A DNA stretch of 64,000 nt, from NCBI GenBank assembly GCA_902798825.1, contig CADBYI010000014.1:6669-70668 (forward strand), given 5' to 3'. Under the pieces are notes generated by a model that did not search any database, was not told the origin of the DNA, and was given only the letters and a program-made list of their open reading frames with translations. Within the stretch, counting starts at the first letter, position 1. Every line of letters starts with the position of its first letter. Positions 61,351 through 64,000 of the stretch are shown piece by piece. A program made the translations under genes and the position numbers. Source of the stretch: an uncultured Eubacteriales bacterium. Its GTDB lineage: Bacteria > Bacillota > Clostridia > Christensenellales > CAG-138.

Positions 61351-62439
61351 TTATACGTACAGTCTGCTTCGATCCAACGTGACCAGCGCCTCCAGCAAAC
61401 CTAGGGCGGAGGTCCGGGTTTCCTCCTTTTCGATTCGGTGGATGCAGGCGCTGGCGTTGGGGTATTGACAGACCAGGGCGATCCAGGCGTAGTCCACCAG
61501 GGCGTCCCGCTCCGCCTCGCTGGCGTCATAGACCGTCAGTATACGGGCGGCGTTTTCCCGATAGCCTGCGAGGGCCTTTTCCAACTCCGCCTGGGGATCG
61601 AAGGGCTTGTCCGAGGGAACGTCCAAGTCCAGAATGGCGTTGTTGGCGATGAGGTTCACGCACACGTCCGTGCCGGACAGGTTGAAGTCGATGAGGCCCG
61701 CCATGTGTTTTTTCTCATCCAGCAGCACGTTGGTGAAGCCCTCGTCCGCCTGGGTCACGCACCGGGGCAGCTTCGTATACACCGACAGGAGCCGGGCCCG
61801 AACCGATTCGTTCCATGCTTCCAACTGGTTTGCCAAGTCCTCCGCCCCCGCCTTGCGCAGGGCGGCGGTCAGGTTGTTCAGGTTCCACTGCTTTTCGTCG
61901 AAGCCCTCCGCCGCGTCGTAGGGGCTAAGATCGAAGAGGCTGTACATGCCCATGGTGGGGATCAGATCCACACCCTTGTATCGCTCCATGAATCCGGCGA
62001 TGGACAGGCATACCTCCTTACGCAGGGCCACCTTCTCCGTCTCGGTAAGGTCCGCCTCCTCCGCGATGGGCAGATCCACATACTCGGAGAGGTACACCGT
62101 CAGCTCCCGCCAGCTATGAAAGAATCGGCCGTCCGTCCCCTTTAAAAAGGCGGGGCATCTAAGGCCGAAGTCGGCGTAACGACCGATGAGGCGATTGAGG
62201 TCGTCCAGCCGCTCCTCCGTCATCTCGGGGGCGTTGGTGAGCCGCAGCACGTATTTTTTGTCTATGATATAGTTCCAGCGGATGTCGTCCGCCCCGTGGG
62301 AGGTGTCCAAGAGCCCCACTTTCACGGCATCGCTGACGCCGTACAGGGCCAGCAGGGAACAGAGCCCCTCCTCGGTGGGGTGTGGCAGGTCCCGGGACCA
62401 TTCCTTCGTTTCGTTCAGTTCTTCGATCCGCTCGATCAT
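61351..62439 (-). CDS. APH/choline-kinase-family phosphotransferase
   Basis: 362 aa with the catalytic-loop pattern QADEGFTNVLLDEKKHMAGLIDFNLSG. Confidence 0.7.
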   Translation of the reverse strand: MIERIEELNETKEWSRDLPHPTEEGLCSLLALYGVSDAVKVGLLDTSHGADDIRWNYIIDKKYVLRLTNAPEMTEERLDDLNRLIGRYADFGLRCPAFLKGTDGRFFHSWRELTVYLSEYVDLPIAEEADLTETEKVALRKEVCLSIAGFMERYKGVDLIPTMGMYSLFDLSPYDAAEGFDEKQWNLNNLTAALRKAGAEDLANQLEAWNESVRARLLSVYTKLPRCVTQADEGFTNVLLDEKKHMAGLIDFNLSGTDVCVNLIANNAILDLDVPSDKPFDPQAELEKALAGYRENAARILTVYDASEAERDALVDYAWIALVCQYPNASACIHRIEKEETRTSALGLLEALVTLDRSRLYV

Positions 62440-62442
62440 CGA

Positions 62443-63636
62443 TCAGTTCATCCGCTCCAAAATGGCGTCCAGCAGGGCGTCCGCGGCGGCGTCCTTGCTC
62501 ATGAGGGGGAGCTCTGTCATGCCCTCGGGGGTGATGAGGGTCAGGATGTTGGTGTCCACGCCGAAGCCGGCGCCGGCCACCTTCACGTTGTTGGCGGCGA
62601 TCAGGTCAAGGTGCTTCTTCTCCAGCTTCTTTTTGCTGTTCTCCACCATGTTCTCCGTCTCCATGGAGAAGCCGCAGAGGAATTGGCCGGGGCGCTTGTT
62701 TTCGCCCAGAGCGCCTAAAATATCCTTGGTGCGCGCCAGGGGGATGGCCATGTCCCCGTCCTGCTTCTTGATCTTGTTGTCCGCCAGGGTGGCGGGCCGA
62801 TAGTCCGCCACGGCGGCGGCCTTGACGATGATGTCCATATCCTTTGCCCGGCTCGTCACCGCCTCGTACATATCCTGGGCGGAGACAACGTCCACGGTCT
62901 CCACGTAGGCGGGCTTTTTCAGGGCTGTGGGGCCGGAAACCAGGGTCACCTGGGCGCCCCGGCGGGCGGCAGCCTTGGCGATAGAATAGCCCATGCGGCC
63001 GGAGGAGTGGTTGGTGAGATATCGGACCGGGTCCAGGGCCTCCTGGGTGGGACCGGCGGTGACCAGCAGGCGCTTTCCCGCCATGTCCTTCTCGTGGGCC
63101 AGGGCGTGGAGGCACACCTCCAAAAGGTCCTCCGGCTCCGGCAGGCGGCCCTTTCCTGTTGCTCCGCAGGCCAAGTGCCCGCTGGCGGGGTCCACGATTT
63201 CCCAGCCGTATCGGCGCAGAATAGCCAAATTGTCCTTCGTCACCGGGTTCTCATACATATTGGTGTTCATGGCGGGGGCCAGGGCCTTGGGACAGGTGCA
63301 GGCCAGGACCGTGGTGGTCAGCATGTCGTCCGCCAGGCCGTGGGCGAGCTTGGCGATCACGTTGGCGGTGGCGGGGGCGATGAGCACATAGTCCGCCCGG
63401 TCCGCCAGAGCGATGTGGGCCACGTTATACTGGAAATTCCGGTCAAAGGTGTCCACCAACGCCCGGTTCCCCGTGAGCTGCTCGAAGGTCAGGGGCGTGA
63501 CGAACTCGGTGGCGTTCTTCGTCATGACCACCTGCACGTCGGCATGCTGCTTTTTCAGCATGGACGCCAACGCCGCCGCCTTGAAGCAGGCGATGCCGCC
63601 GGTCACCCCCAGCAAAACGGTCTTTCCCTGAAGCAT
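62443..63636 (-). CDS. coaBC: bifunctional phosphopantothenoylcysteine decarboxylase / phosphopantothenate--cysteine ligase
   Basis: The ATG at 63636 follows AAAGGAGG. Starts MLQGKTVLLGVTGGIACFKAAAL. A CoaB domain follows. Confidence 0.85.
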   Translation of the reverse strand: MLQGKTVLLGVTGGIACFKAAALASMLKKQHADVQVVMTKNATEFVTPLTFEQLTGNRALVDTFDRNFQYNVAHIALADRADYVLIAPATANVIAKLAHGLADDMLTTTVLACTCPKALAPAMNTNMYENPVTKDNLAILRRYGWEIVDPASGHLACGATGKGRLPEPEDLLEVCLHALAHEKDMAGKRLLVTAGPTQEALDPVRYLTNHSSGRMGYSIAKAAARRGAQVTLVSGPTALKKPAYVETVDVVSAQDMYEAVTSRAKDMDIIVKAAAVADYRPATLADNKIKKQDGDMAIPLARTKDILGALGENKRPGQFLCGFSMETENMVENSKKKLEKKHLDLIAANNVKVAGAGFGVDTNILTLITPEGMTELPLMSKDAAADALLDAILERMN

Positions 63637-63883
63637 AGCTTGTCCTCCTTTGCCTATCCTCCCATGATAGGTAGAATATACCATAGTCCCGCCACAAATG
63701 CAACGAGGCCCCATGCGAAAAAAAGATTGCATTCCCGGCCCCCATGCGCTATACTCACTTTGGCAAAGGGGGAGCCCGTCTGCTATACCCTTTGGGACGG
63801 CAGGACGAAGGGGCGAGCCTTGGGCCGCATTCTACGCAGTGTATCTTCCATAAGGGAGAACACAAGCAAGGAGGAAATTGAAT

Positions 63884-64000
63884 ATGAAGAAGAAAACGTT
63901 CAGCACCCGGTATCTCAGTGAAGTGGCCCTGTTCGTGGGCATCATCCTGGTGATGAAGATCACGGGCCTTTCCAGCATCCCCGTGGGCCCCCTGGTCATG
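63884..64000 (+). CDS. ECF-transporter S-component-like membrane protein (3' end outside window)
   Basis: AAGGAGG lies 9 nt upstream of the ATG. MKKKTFSTRYLSEVALFVGIILVMKITGLSSIPVGPLVM resembles the first TM of an ECF S component. It is divergent from coaBC, so a pantothenate specificity is only a guess. Confidence 0.45.
   Translation, partial: MKKKTFSTRYLSEVALFVGIILVMKITGLSSIPVGPLVM

Noticed and set aside
1-64000. A defence island, prophage, integrative element, toxin-antitoxin hub or biosynthetic gene cluster as the hidden novel system
   Set aside because: I found none of the following: integrase, transposase, recombinase, reverse transcriptase, nuclease-helicase pairs, cyclases, restriction-modification or CRISPR-Cas components, phage structural genes, PKS/NRPS or RiPP precursors. 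Gene content and the aaRS, tRNA and riboswitch loci indicate core chromosome. The unusual items are individual domain architectures and small intergenic elements, reported separately.

Overview
A 64-kb stretch of high-GC chromosome (roughly 60-65% GC by hand count of sample lines). GGAGG-type ribosome-binding sites, an L-box, a T-box and the gene content suggest Firmicutes/Clostridia; this taxon call is inference only. I support about 55 protein genes, a five-tRNA operon (Val-Asp-Phe-Gly-Cys), one lysine riboswitch, one Phe T-box leader, several near-consensus sigma-70 promoters and about 14 intrinsic terminators.

Content is mostly housekeeping or metabolic: glnS, gltX, ychF, pheST, lysA, coaBC, trmO, a pxpABC 5-oxoprolinase cluster, putP, peptidases and transporters. 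I found no CRISPR array, integrase, transposase or phage genes, and no recognisable defence system. The window looks like core chromosome, not an island.

The items most worth a second look:
1. An RND efflux permease with a ~260-aa antiparallel coiled-coil insertion and no adaptor gene.
2. A signal-peptide-less ParB/Srx-like plus BMP (nucleoside-binding) fusion, translationally coupled to a metallophosphoesterase.
3. A tandem pair of G3E/COG0523 GTPases, one carrying about 40 His in ~75 residues.
4. A P-loop ATPase-CYTH fusion next to a ribokinase.
5. A pxpABC cluster carrying DUF1445 and Nramp genes.
6. Two genes broken by frameshifts at homopolymer runs.
7. Two unexplained structured or repeated intergenic elements (24.45 kb and 59.7-59.95 kb).
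8. A 57-aa membrane ORF missing from the ORF track.

Most long ORFs antisense to these genes are high-GC artefacts.
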